Assembly: GCA_013265495.1 (NCBI GenBank)
Contig: MU062119.1
Span: forward strand, 3,756,388-3,820,387
From: Vicugna vicugna
Taxonomy: Eukaryota
Direction of reading: 5' to 3'
Length of the DNA stretch: 64,000 nt
Made by a program: the position numbers and the translations under genes. Below the pieces are notes generated by a model. The model worked only from the letters and a program-made list of their open reading frames with translations. It searched no databases and was not told the DNA's origin. Each line of letters opens with the position of its first letter. Within the stretch, counting starts at the first letter, position 1. Shown here one piece after another: positions 1-12,206 of this stretch.

Positions 1-203
1 GTGTCTTGAGCTCAGATTTTGACTGTGTTACTTACAAGCCGAGCTTGAGCCAGATGCCCTTGGGTTGAGGGGAGGGGCACGTATGGGAGGAGGAATACTG
101 TGCATTACCTGCAAACACACTGATTCTTCATTTACTCGTTTATGGTCTGCCTTTCGCCCACCCTCACCTCCCACCCCAGACTGAGCTCCGTGCGGTCACA
201 GAC

Positions 204-685
204 TGTGTGAGCAGGATGGTGGCTCCCCAAAGACGCCAGGTCCTAACCCCCAAAACCTGTGAAAATGCTGAAAAGGGCAAACGGCGGTGAGGGTCGCAAA
301 TGGAACTGAGACTGCTAATCAGCTGACCCTGAGCGGGAGATGATCCTGGATGACTTGGGGGCCCGCTGTGATCACAGGTCCTGAAAAGCAGACGAGGGAG
401 GTGGAAGAAGGACTAAAATTGCAGCCTAAGAAGGACTCGTCTGATCTTGCTGACTTCAAAGATGGAGGAAGAGGCCACGAGCCAAGGGACGCAGGTGCCT
501 CTAAAACTGCAAGGAAAAGGATTCTCTCCTAGAGACTCAGGAGACACCAGCCTCGCCAGCACCTCGCTTGAGCCTGTGAGACCGCTGTCGGACTTCCGAC
601 CCCCGGCACCGTGAGAAAATACACGTGCGCCACTTCAGCCCTGAGAGGCGTGGTATTTATCACGGTGGCCGCGGGAGACAGATGC
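204..685 (+). mobile_element. MaLR solo LTR, MLT1D/MLT1E-like
   Basis: Follows MLT1 consensus end to end: TG..GATGGTGGCTCCCCAAAGA..GTCCTAACCCCC..ACCTGTGAA, GCTAATCAGCTGACC, GATCCTGGATGA, GACTTCAAAGATGGAGGAAGAGGCCACGAGCCAAGG, GATTCTCTCCTAGAG, GGACTTCCGACC. Confidence 0.88.
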
Positions 686-811
686 TGTTCACTGCCCGCC
701 GTGTCCCCAGGCTCTGGCCCCAGTGGACTCACAGTGAATACTTACCGAATGAATGTAGTGAAGAGAACTCTGCTGAGTGCGTTTGGGATGCCAGTTGCTT
801 AATGCACAGTG

Positions 812-980
812 AAGGTTGCTGATGCAGCCAAAAAACAAACACAGCGTGTCCAGCTAAATTTGAATTTTAGATCCACCACAGACCGTCTTTTATAAAAGTA
901 TGTCCCATGTCATAGTAAACAAAAATCATTGTCTAATTGCAATTAACATTTACCTGGGCGTCTTGTACTTAGCAGGCCGC
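812..980. mobile_element. MER53-like palindromic hAT MITE
   Basis: CCAGCTAAATTTGAATTTTAGAT...AAGTATGTCCCA... followed by right arm remnant CTGGGCGTCTTGTACTT; matches recalled MER53 arms. Confidence 0.75.
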
Positions 981-2039
981 CCAGTCACTTCCCAGATGGT
1001 GACCGTGCCCCAGAGTCACAGCTGGGTAGGGCAGCCCTGAGGCCCGAGGGCAGCCCGTGACTCCCAGGCCCCCTACTCCTTCCGCCCCGCGCCCGCTGCT
1101 GAGCCTCGGAGTGGAGGGGATGGGCACACGCGGCCCCCTGGGGCCCGGCATCCTCTCCCGGCAGGTCCCTGCCTGCTCTGCGGAACTAAGTCCAAGGGGC
1201 ATCTCTGCGGAGCCAAACCAGGGTGAGTCTCTGGGCCAAGTCCTGTCTGGTCCAGGGGGAAGGAGGGGCTGAAGTGGGACCCCCAGCCAGACAGCTAAGG
1301 CTCTGTGAGACCTTGGCTGCGTGTCTTCCTGCCAAGCTGGCTTCCCCCTGCGCGGGGGTCGAAGGAAACCTACTGAGGAAGCAGGAGGCGGGGGAAGTCC
1401 TTCCCTCCGAGGCGAGAGCTCTCCAGGAGGTAAAGCCACCGGAACGCAAGCTGGACAGGAGCTTGCCTTTCTATTCTGGGGAAAACAGTACAAAAATAGG
1501 GTCCACATGGAATTCTTTCCCCCCGAAGTGCACTGCTGGAGGAGGACCGGTCGGTGGCTCACAGGGGCCTCACAATCACCTCCAGGAAACACCTTATCAA
1601 CACGCTCACCCGCACAAAAATAACCTCTGAACCCAGGACCAAGAATGGATATTGAACTCGCTCTGGCAAAGGGCTTTGCAATTATTTTCATTAGTGAGGA
1701 CTCCAAACTGCCTCCGATTTTTTGAAGGAAGTGAAAACGCCAGAGATCAAGGGATTTGCCCAAGGTCGTGGAATACAATAGACGCTTCCCTAACCCTCCA
1801 CTTTTCAGGCCTTTGGATGGCCTCTCCTTTGAGACTTTAAATATAGCCAGCGGTCAAACCTCCCCCTCCCGAGCCCTCCATCCAGGTCACCTGACCTGGG
1901 TGTGATGGTTCTGAAATGATGCCAACTTCAAACAGATTTCAGTTTTTGTGAGCTCTCCTGCAAATATGATCTTCCTGGAGGTGGAGAAGCTAATTCTGAA
2001 TCGTTGCCCCAAATAATAACGTCGGGGTGGCGGGTGATG

Positions 2040-2400
2040 TGTATTGTCAGGCTTCTGGGAGGAAACCGGACGATGGTAGAGTCAGATTGGGAAATTCGAG
2101 GAGAGTCGGACAAAAGGACTATTTACAAAGTTGAGGACCGGTTATGGGGACTGTAATGAACTGTGGTACGTGGGGGTGTTGTTGTGGGGGCTGTTACTAC
2201 CTCAGGACAAGAAAGAGGGTTTCTGAGAGCTTGGAGAGAGGGGCTGCCTGGCAGGAGCACGGATGGCCGGATGGACGCAGCCAGTGGACCCGGTGGGGAG
2301 GGAGCTGTGGAGGGGACACCACAGGAGGCTCATCACTGCTCCCTCGTCACAGACCAGGAGGATAGCCGCCATCACACTGGACGCCATGGGGAACCAGAAC
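2040..2400. mobile_element. Degraded ERVL-class LTR fragment (subfamily not determined)
   Basis: TGTATTGTCAGG start, GAGGAGAG..AAAAGGACTATTTACAAAG and GAGAGGGCTGCCTGGCAGGAGC resemble ancient ERVL LTR consensus. Confidence 0.4.
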
Positions 2401-3859
2401 TCGCCTGTCCCGTTTATTCAGCAAACGCTTCCTAAGCAGACACGCTTCTGTGTCCTCAGCAGAGGCCCGCTGGCCAGTGCCATGGCCAGGCAGCTCTCGG
2501 TGCCGCTGACGGGGCAACCACAGCGCCCGTGTTCTTGGCTTCTGGCTTCTCAGCCATCCCCCTTCTTTTCTGCCTGGTATCCAGAGTGTCAAAAGCCAGT
2601 GTTTCATAGACCATATAGTTTCTCAATTTTTTGTTTCTGATGCGAGGAGCTATCCCGTCTGTTACTGCGCCTTGATCGTAAGAGGAGCTCACCTGCTATT
2701 ATTATTAACCTTCTGCAGGAGTCCTCTCCTTCCCTCCTTGTGTTCAGCCTATTGATAAGCCTTGTTCCCTCATGGCATTGGCTGTCACAGGTCCTGGCTT
2801 GTCCCAGCTCCACCCCCAAGCCTTGGCCCTGGGGGTCTCACGTCCACCACCATCCACGGCCGTCTCTGTGCCTCTGATGTCATGGCTCCTGAGAGTATCT
2901 GATGGGCCTCGCTCACAGCCAGAGGATGAGCTGCCCTCGAGTGTGCAGCCAATCAGCTGTGCCGGTGGGGGCCACAAACATGGCTGCCTCCACGCAGCCC
3001 TTGAGCAGCTGCATGAATGGGAGGGAGCTTGCATCCGCAAAGATGTGGGTAGAGTTTTCATTGCCTGAGACGGGACAAAACCCCAGGAACATGTGGCTCC
3101 TGCCCTTACAGACTGTCCCTCCCCATCCATGCCCATCGGGGAGTCTCCTTCCATATGGAAGTGCAAATAAGAATTCAAGCACAAGTGGGGTCCAGTTACC
3201 ACCAGTGCAGGTCTCTGGTAAACCTGATTTGGGACATGCAGCCAGGCCCACTCCCAGATCCACCTTTTGACCAATATCAAGATGCAGAGATATGAGGGAC
3301 AGCAGCTTTGCGGTACAGGATCTAACCCAGGGCTCAGATGGGCAATGTGGGCAGAGTGATGATAATTAACCTCGTGACCAGTCATCAACCAGTTGAGAGT
3401 TGACAAAAAGAGGGAAGCAAAAGGGAAATGAACGTGTCACCTCTTTTACTGATCAGTGTGATAGTGTAGAACGTGGCTCATATACGCAGCTCAGGGTGCT
3501 TTCTAGTAAATCTCATATTGAGGCAGATTTCTCTTCCCTAGTCACAGGCAGCCCTGTGACTCAAGCTTCCTGAGGGCAGCAGCTGTGCATGCGGTGTCCA
3601 CTGCTTCAGGCCCCCGCCCGGCACACAGCGGCGGCTGCAGAAACGTTCCACAGCCCGGAAAGGACCAGTTTGCTGCTTTATTTCCCTGACCAACCTCCTT
3701 GGAGACAGGGGAGCACCGTTTACTCCTTTAAGGGTCTTCTGACTCGGTTTGAAATGAGGATCCTCTGTCTGGAAAATTTCTGTTGCTGATTCAGAGTTGG
3801 TGAAATGCTTTGGAATGTCAGTTCGGAGGGAGGGAGCAGTTTCCGTGGCGACACGGCTT

Positions 3860-3950
3860 TCTCTGACGTGGTCCAGCTCCGGGCTGGGCTGAGTCACTGA
3901 AACAGGAGTGCAGTGACTCACATGACTCACACGGGGTCAGAGTTCACAGG
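3860..3950. promoter_or_regulatory. Candidate enhancer: three AP-1 sites, ARE, CRE-like site and a nuclear-receptor DR1
   Basis: TGAGTCA 3890-3896, TGACTCA 3914-3920 and 3923-3929, GGGTCA-G-AGTTCA 3934-3946, TGACGTG 3864-3870. Confidence 0.5.
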
Positions 3951-5674
3951 CATGGTCGACCTGTGTTTTGATCCTGATTTTGGAGTCCTTGTTCCCGACC
4001 ATAAGGGCCCTCAAAGCGGGGATAGTGGGCGGGGAGGTTGCCGGGTGAGTCTCCCCAGGATGAGGTGACGGCAGACTGGCTTCAGAGTGACCTGGGGCTA
4101 GGTCCTGCCTGTGATGCGCAGGGGCTGTGAGGCCCTGGCGAGCTGCTCGATTTAGCCGAGTCTTGCCTCTGCCGCCTCACCCGCAGGCTGGGGAGAGCCC
4201 CGACGAGCCGGACACAGAGTCTGCCCGCGCAGCGCTGGGGTGGGAGACGTCTCTGTTTTCTTAACCTAGAACAGAGTCGTCCTGTCAGCTGACGGTCACT
4301 GGCACAGTGAAAGCCCCCATCTCTTGGTCTCTGCAACTCGTTGTCCAGCAAACATACTTCATGTGTTCCTTTTCATTTCCCAGCGAGCCAAAGAGAAAAC
4401 AGATGCAAGGAAGGGAGCCAAATGCCGCACGATCTGTTCTTCCCCCAAAAGCGTGACAGCATCTTCTCTGCAGGGTGATGTAGGGATGAGGCCTTGCGCT
4501 GTGGCCCTCTCACGGCTGCCTGACTCTGCCAGGCATCTGGTCGCTGGGAAGCCTCTGGTCCATTTCCATCCAGATGAAGCAGTCCTGCAGGGCCGCGTTC
4601 TCAGCGCCAAGACCAGCAAGCCGTCCGTCCTCCAAAGCCATTACCTGAGATCATCAGCGCCTTTGGACACGTCCCCGCTTGACGGTTCGAACCCTCTGTG
4701 CTGGAAAGCGGTCTCCTCACCACGCGGTGCTGTCGGTAGCTCCGGGGCCTCGGCTGGCTCAGCCCTGCCTCGGTAGCCGGCTGAGCACGTTAACAACCCC
4801 GAGCTCGGGCTCTTCCGAGTCCATCCTTTGCCAGCGGCTGTTGAGAGAATCACAGTAACGTAACCCAACGTGGCCCCGTGGCCGTTTCTGGACCGTGAGT
4901 CACTAGACCGAGCTGGTTGAGTTCTGCTATCGTGGGGAGGCTGTTTGGAGAAAGGAGCTGGACGCAGCGTTGCGAGGACAGCTCTGCTGGGGCACACGGG
5001 TGACGCTGGATGCGTTTCTGAGGAATCCAGAAGAGGGGAGCCTTTTGCTTTTTGTTTCACCTGGGTTGAAATAGCAACTCCTGCGGGGCTGCGGTACCTC
5101 ACGGTGAACACTAGGCTGGCGTTCCCAGCAAGAATCTCACGTAATCCTCACAACTACCTTGCGCATGACGTGAGCACCCCCGCGGACACACACGGGGCCG
5201 GAGAAGCTTTGTGTCCGTGAGCTCAGGCAGAGCCCACCAGCTAGGACAGAGAGGGCCTGGGGGGGCCCACCGGGGAGGGCCCACCCAGGGCTGGGGCTCG
5301 GAAGTCCGCCGTCTAACTCGCTCCGCTCACCGCGCTGCGTGCTGCTGGTTCCCTCTCGCTGCGGACACATGCTTGTTATTCCGCGATGACTGGCCTGGCC
5401 TTGCTGATGGCCGGAACCTCTCGGAGTCGAGGATTGGATGTTGTGCCAGCCCCAGAGTTAGTCTGTGCAGAGACACCAAAGTATGTAAGTCCTGGACCCC
5501 CCATCAGGCTGTCACAGTCGGGGGACAGATCGCCCGGCGTGGAGAGGCTCACTGAGAGTGTCAGGGTGAGTGAGGGTGTCACTGACCGGCCCCCAGGAAC
5601 GGGAGGGAATGCGCTGTGGCCACTTGGGGGCCGAGGGGAGGTGCACATGTGTGTGCATGATGCAAAATCATTCG

Positions 5675-6760
5675 TTTATTTCTGAAACATTCTATTTTGA
5701 AATAACTTTAGAACTTCAAGTGACGAAAGGAGTGAAAGAATTCTTGTAAACCTTTAACCCGGCTTCCCCGATGCTGGCGCCTTTCCATGCTTACCACGTC
5801 ACATCGGCAGACACGACGCCCCCCTACCGCTCACATCCCAGTATGTGTTTCCTAAAGGCAGGGGCGCTTGGTTGCACCACCGCAGCACAGTTACCAAGAT
5901 GAAGAGCTCCTCCCCGACCACATGCTCTCATCTGCTTCAGCGAGCAGTGGTCCCAGGAGGGTCCTTTACAGCCAAAGCAAGGGGGAGACACGTCTCTCTC
6001 CCTTTGAAGGGTTCAAAACCCAGTCCAGGCTCACAGGTCCCATCCAGCTGTCCTGTCTCTTTAGCGTCCTTCACTCTGGAACATTCCTCAGGCTTTTTTA
6101 TTCTTTCATGACTGTGACATTTTTGAAGCGGGAAGGCCTGTTCTTTTGATGAATGGCTCTCAGTTTGGGATTGTCTGATGCTTCCTTGTGATTAGATTCA
6201 GTTTATGAATTTCTGGCAGGAGCACCCCAGAAGTGATGCTGCATCCTTGTCAGGGCATCATATCTGGGGCCCATGGCGTCATTTGTCCCATCACCGGTGA
6301 TGGTAACTGATCACTTGGTGGTGCCTCTGTCTGTAAAGTTATTATGTCCCTCTTTGTGACTGAGAAATATCTTGTGGAGAGCCACCTTGAGACTACACGA
6401 AAATCCTTTACTCACCCTCCTTCCTCCTGCCAGCTCTAGCATCCATTGGTACTTCTTGTATGACAAGGGTGGCTTCCAAACAGTGACTTATTTTCTTACC
6501 CCATCATCCTTTCTAAAGTTTTTCATTGCACTTTTACTGCAAGAAAGAGCTTTTCCTTCCCCCCCAGTTATATATTATAACAGCATAGATTCATGAATTC
6601 TTATTCTCGTCTCTGGTTGTAACCAGCGATCAATAACCAGTATTTACTCTGTGGCTCCAGTTGGCCTGGATGTGGCCAGTGGGGGTCCCTTTAGGTGGAC
6701 CCTGACTTGTGCCCATTATTCATCGAGGACTTCCTAACGTCTGTCACAATGAGACGGTCC
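5675..6760 (-). mobile_element. L1MC4/L1ME-like LINE-1 3' region, degraded
   Basis: TATTTTGAAATAACTTTAG start; CTCAGTTTGGGATTGTCTGATG..TGATTAGATTCAG..TTCTGGCAGGAGCACCCCAGAAGTGATGCTG..TGATCACTTGG..CTGTAAAGTTA typical of L1MC 3' UTR in reverse. Confidence 0.75.
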
Positions 6761-8202
6761 AGGCTCTGAGCCGTTCTCCCGCAGCAAATTTCAATTCCTT
6801 TTTCCCATGTACTTGCATGACCATAAGTAGAATTTAAATCCTCTGGTTTGTACTCAGGTACCAGCCAGATTTTCACACATCTGCCTCTACATGAACCGTA
6901 AGGGGCTCTTTTCTGGAAACAGCATTCAAGGACCAGCAATTGAGACGACTGAAAAATAGAGTGGGTCAGACAGGTTTCTTGGATCCGTGCAGGCATTCTA
7001 GCATGCAGTTGTCCGTCTAGGAAGCGTGCTAGTCACCCAGGATTCACTTTAGCCTCCCCAATTACCTTCCTCCAATTTTGCAAGAAAAGCCCAGCTGATA
7101 GACGTTTATTGTTGCAAGATAGTCATTTAACTTGGAGAGTGGAGGATTAAAGCAGTCCTAAGTCAGGATAATGCTCTAGGGTAAGAACACTTAATCTCCA
7201 GGGAGTGCCCCGAATCCCCACGACATGCCTTCAGTGCTTTTTTGTGCATTTGGAAGCCTTGATGAGCAAAAAGAGGTAGAAACTACACAAAGACAGGGGT
7301 TTTATCAGTCAATGATCTAAGCCGTCTGCCACTAGCCCATAGAGTATCTCTGTGCAAATTAGAAAAAGATGCTTTTGTCTGTCCCCTGGTAAACAGAGCC
7401 CAAGCCATTGGCAACCCTTGTGAGTGCAGCGTGGGCTAACCACTCGCCCCTTGTGGAGGTACCTTGTGCAGTGAACAACCTGCACAACTAGACCCAGCCC
7501 AGAGTCCAAGAGCGACTTGGATGTTTTCTTTCTCCGCAGAGGCTCACTGTCAGTAGAACCATGAAGAGTAAACACGGGCAACTGCACAGGTAAACATCAG
7601 CATTTGGTTGTCAAATGCCAGCTCCTTGAAATCTTTGCTTTCATGAATTCTCGTCACCTGGGTTCTTGCTAAGGAACTAGTAGGTTAAGAGGCCTCTTGG
7701 CAGCACCTTGGCTTTGCCTGTGCCCCTCAGGTGGTGGCAGGAGAGTGAAGGATGGTCCAGTCTGACAGCTGCCCTCGCCAGGGAGGTTCCTCCGTGGAAG
7801 ACAGCGTCTCTGCAGCTGCAGTGATCACTCAGTGGCAGGAGCACTGAGCAGCCATAACACAGGGACTCGGATTTCCCCAGTCACAAAGCCTCTGAGGATG
7901 TGGCTGGACACCTCAGGGGCAGAGACAGGCTACGAGGTAAGCATGGAGTGCAGGAGGGAGGAGCCGGAGCCGGGAGTCCAGGCGAGGAGGTGGCCCCTCT
8001 GTCTCACGTATGTCTCATGTTGGCATTTTCATCTCCATGTCATGAAAGAAGCTGAGACTCAGGAAGCAATGAAGCACCTTTATACCCAGATATGATCATG
8101 TGACAAAGTTCCGCCCAGACTGCACAGCTTGTGTTTTGCTCCTGCGTGTTACCTCACCTCACCTTTGCGGGATCCCTACATTTTTAGATGCAAGGAATGG
8201 GG

Positions 8203-8625
8203 GTATTGGGATTAGCGCAGATACTTTCACAGAAAACCCAAAATAATTGTGATTGTAACATACAAGGGCGCGTTCTTCTCTTTTGTGAAACAAGTTTAGA
8301 AGTAAGGAGTCCAGGGTCAATACAGTGGCTCCAAAGTTATCAGGGAGTCAGATTCCTTTGATCTTTTGCTCCACCATCCTTAGCACCTCATGGTTCAAAA
8401 TGGTTGCTGGAGCTCCAGCCATCATGTTTGCCTTCCAGGAAGCAGGAGGGAAAAGGGACTGTACTACTCATCTGTTCATCTCTCAAGGAGCTTTCCCAGA
8501 TGCCCTGCCCAGTAATATTCACTTACATTTCATTAGCCAACCCTAGCTGCAAGGGAGGCTGGCAAAATTGTAATCTCTTCCCTGAACACATTGCCTTCTG
8601 GGATAAACATGAATTAATCAGGATA
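8203..8625 (-). mobile_element. MaLR LTR, MLT1J-like
   Basis: ACAGAAAACCCAAAATAA, CTCCACCATCCTTAGCA, AAAATGGTTGCTGGAGCTCCAGCCATCA, ACTTACATTTCATTAGCC, CCTAGCTGCAAGGGAGGCTGG. Confidence 0.8.
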
Positions 8626-8689
8626 GGCTAAGTGCTGAAATAAATAAACTCCAAGTCTCAGAGTTTTCATAAAATAAATGTTATTCTGT

Positions 8690-9010
8690 GCTCCCATCAC
8701 AGTATAAGACAGGTTGAGGGGTGGGATAGTGTCCTGTGGATGTTTGCTCCACCAAGTCACTTAGAGACCCAGGTTTCTTCTGTCCTGTGGCTCCCCCTCC
8801 TCTAGGTGCTTGGGGGCAGCAGCTGGGGGAAGACAGTGAAGACTGGGCACAGGGGGTCTTCATGGGCGAGGCCTGGAGGGGCACACCCACCTCCTGCTCA
8901 CATGCCATTGGCCAGAACCCTATCACGTGGCCACCTAACCACAAGGAGGCTGGGAAAGGTAGTCTCCGCAGCACAGAGGCGCATGGGGGTACATGGCACT
9001 GGCAGGCACC
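8690..9010 (-). mobile_element. MaLR LTR fragment, MLT1K/L-like
   Basis: GCTCCACCAAGTCACTTAGAGACCCAGG..CTGTGGCTCC and CCATTGGCCAGAAC..CACGTGGCCACCTAACCACAAGGAGGCTGGGAAAGGTAGTCT. Confidence 0.65.
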
Positions 9011-10539
9011 AGGGCCATTGGGTAGACGATGCACAGCTGGCTGGGCTGCAGGGAGGGATGTCTCCATGTGGGTCTGGAACTCAACCCAGGGACCCAAAGA
9101 TGGAAGGGCCAGCTTCCCTGAGCAGCAGAGAGCCGAAAGCCTGGGGCTGGAGGCTCGGTGACAGCCCTTCCACAGCAACAGGAAGAGTCCCCTCCCCGGA
9201 AGCGCGGGGCCCGCCCCCACCTCCCACCACACTTCCTCTGAAGGACACAATTAGTGCAGCTCCCCCGACAGGGGCTGACAGCGAGGCCTTCCCGCCACGA
9301 CCTGAATGGCTCATTTGTGGCTCGAATGACAGACAAATGCAATAATTAGGCCTATTTAGTAAAGAGGGGGTGAGAGGTCAAACTCGGAGGCCAACGTCTC
9401 CTGTTACCAGCCTGGTGACCAAGTCAGGTGATGTTTGCACAGTTAACTGCCGCCTCACCAGCGGGACCCTGAGGCTGGCTGCCTCCCTGGGGCTTTCAGA
9501 GGCTGCGTTTAGAACCCCATGGGCTTCGTATCCAGGAGGTCCTTGTAGGACCGCATCCCTGCCAAGGCCCGGGGCTGAGATGCCTACGCCAGACCTGGAT
9601 TTTGGCTAACGGGACCCCAGCGGTGGCGTCCCCGGCGGGGTCAGGGAAGACGGACTTGGGTAATCCACCAGACAATGGGTCAGGGCCTCCTCTCACCCTG
9701 CGCTCAAGACCTTTGCTTATCTCTCTCTTCTCCTTTTTTCCCTTAAAACTCTGATTTCTCTTCATTTTAACCCAAAACAGATGATCTGGATACTTTTCAG
9801 CCTTTACATTGTTCCCTGCCTGGGAAGATTTTCTGAGGGTTCCTCGGGCTTGGGGGCTGAGCAGGGCAGGGGCTGCTGGCTGGGGACCCAGTACCACATG
9901 GACATGGTGGGGAGGACATGCACGTGCAGTGCTGGCTCCGGTGTCCCTGCTTGCCCCCCACTCACCACCTTCTCCTGCCCCATCCCCCTGGCTCCCCGCT
10001 ACCCCCACCCTGTGTATAGACAGGTGGGGGGGATAGGGGAGGGGGACTGGAGTCTTGTCTAGTGCCAAGCCAACACGGTCCCCATAGCCTGTGCCCACTG
10101 CCACCTGCAGAGGGTCTCAGAGAAGGTTGTGCAGGCTCGCGGGACAGGCTCTCAACAAACACTGCCACACTGGGATCGTGGACCGGTTCCTTCTTAACCT
10201 GTATCAGGCATCTCAGGCCGGAGGACGGAAGCTGGGATCAGCCCCCTCTCCCGCGAGCCACCTCTTCTGCCTCTGACCTGCGGGCTAGTTTATACGAGGG
10301 GCAGGGGCCGTAAAGACAGATCTGATCCCCTCTTCACAGCTAGGGACTTCAAAGACTGACAGAGTGCTCTTCTAGGGAGGAAATACCGAGCCCAGGCCCT
10401 CCCTCAGGGACCGCGGGGTGTGCACAGAATCCCCGTCCCCTGGCTGGTTTCACGCTCTGAAGGCCGCTGATGGTCTCACCATGACTGGGCCAGAGGCTCA
10501 GGACTCTAGGTCCAGCAGGCATTGGTGGGGGTCAATGGG

Positions 10540-10630
10540 AAATTCTCCTGCCTTCCGGGGCTCAGTTTGCCCATCTCTGAAATGGGGGTAAACTCAGGGC
10601 TCGTGTCATAGGGTTGATGTCAAGATACCA
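10540..10630 (+). mobile_element. MIR SINE core
   Basis: CTCAGTTTGCCCATCTCTGAAATGGGG..TCATAGGGTTGATGT. Confidence 0.65.
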
Positions 10631-12019
10631 AAGGCGGGCAGGGCCCAGGGTTTAGAGTCTCTGCATTTTCTTGTACAGATTGTGCAGAGCCCTCACAGGA
10701 CAGGATGGGCCCTTCTGGCTTTAGGAGACCCCTTCGTGAAAACTTCTAGCATCCTCTCCGCTTTCCTACCTGGCTGTTCTTGCTTTAGAAGGTGGATTCA
10801 GCTGGGGAGGGGGCAGAGGTGAGCATCCTGGTCTTCGTCGGGAAAGGCTTCCTCCACCCAGTCGCTCAGGAAACATGACCATCCCAGCGTTCTGTCCCCT
10901 TCGGCCTCGCTGTGACCAGGAGGCGGAGGCGCCAGGACAGAGCCGGTCTCCACCCAAGTTTGGCAGATTCTGCCGTGAACTGATGGGGCCTTTGGCGGTG
11001 GTTGGGTGGGGACAGGAGGGTTCAGTTCATTTGTTCTTAGACAAATACAACTTCCTGCTCCACGGAACACGATTTTTAAAAAATAGTTTAAAAGAAGTTT
11101 CCACCTCTTTCCTGCCTGTAGTGTAGCTTTTTGCAGAGGGACACTGGGGTGAACGAGAGGTCCGGGGATCAGGCGCCGGGGGGTCTGGGGGCCGGTGGGC
11201 TGATGGGAGGGGAAGCAGGCAGCCCGTCCTGCCCGGGGGGGAGGGGGCCCAGAGGCACCAGCCAGAGAGGTGAGGGTCACTCGAGACCACGCTCACCCGG
11301 CCGCCAGCCCCGTGGGGCTGCAGGAGCAGACGACAGGCCCTGCCGCCCGGCCGCTGTTGGAAGGGGAGCCGGAAGGAGGCCTGGTTTGTCTGTCTGTCTG
11401 TTTGTGGAGGAGGGCATCGTGCGCCTCAAAGGCTCGCCTGAGTCCAGGGGGCAGACCAGGTCCCTCGGGAGGGGTGGTTTTTGTTTTCTTGTGCGAATTA
11501 GAGCTCAAGTGTTGAAGTCGCCAAAATCTATAGCCCTGGAAAATGAACAACACTGTGGACGAATTGGGCAACCGGGGAAAAGAGCCTTGTCCAGAACCAG
11601 GATGAAGTTCAGCTCAAGAGGCGCCGAGACCCGCCTCACATCAGGGCTTGGCCTCCCGCAGAGCCTGACACCCACTGTGCGAGACTCTGTTTTTATAACT
11701 GGCAGCCGTGTTGGTTTCTCGTTCCCAAGAACTCTCCTTTCATCCCTGTGTAAACCACAAGCTTAAGTCACTTCGGAGAGGACCCAGGCATCCTCTCGTT
11801 CGGGCTTATCTGGAGCCGGAGGTGGGAGCTGGGCTTTCAGGGGGCGGGGTTCTGAGCGGGCCGCCTACCTCAGCCCCGGTGCAGCAAGTGTGCCAGCGTC
11901 TCCCCACCTGGGGCTTGCCGCGGCTCACGGGAGGCCACCACAGCTGCCGCTTGCTGGTCCTCGTGGCGCAGCTATGCCGGGGGACCTCTGTCTCCACTGC
12001 TTCATCTACTCACCCTCCC

Positions 12020-12075
12020 CCTGGTGTCAGTGCCATTTTACAGATGAGGAAACTGAGGCCCAAAGCCTCTAGTGG
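12020..12075 (-). mobile_element. MIR SINE core fragment
   Basis: CCATTTTACAGATGAGGAAACTGAGGCCCA. Confidence 0.75.
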
Positions 12076-12206
12076 CTGGATGCAGGCACTGAATTGTCTT
12101 TCGGGAACACATAAGGCTCTTCTTTCCATGCCTGGCACACGTTTGCTGGAAACCTCATGATACTGCCAACATCCAACTGCCTTTGACCTACAAAAATGCC
12201 AGTTTA

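Noticed and set aside
969-1778. 269-aa minus-strand ORF (TTG start)
   Set aside because: No recognisable domain, Pro/Gly/Arg/Ser-rich composition typical of GC-rich non-coding DNA, overlapping ORFs in several frames.
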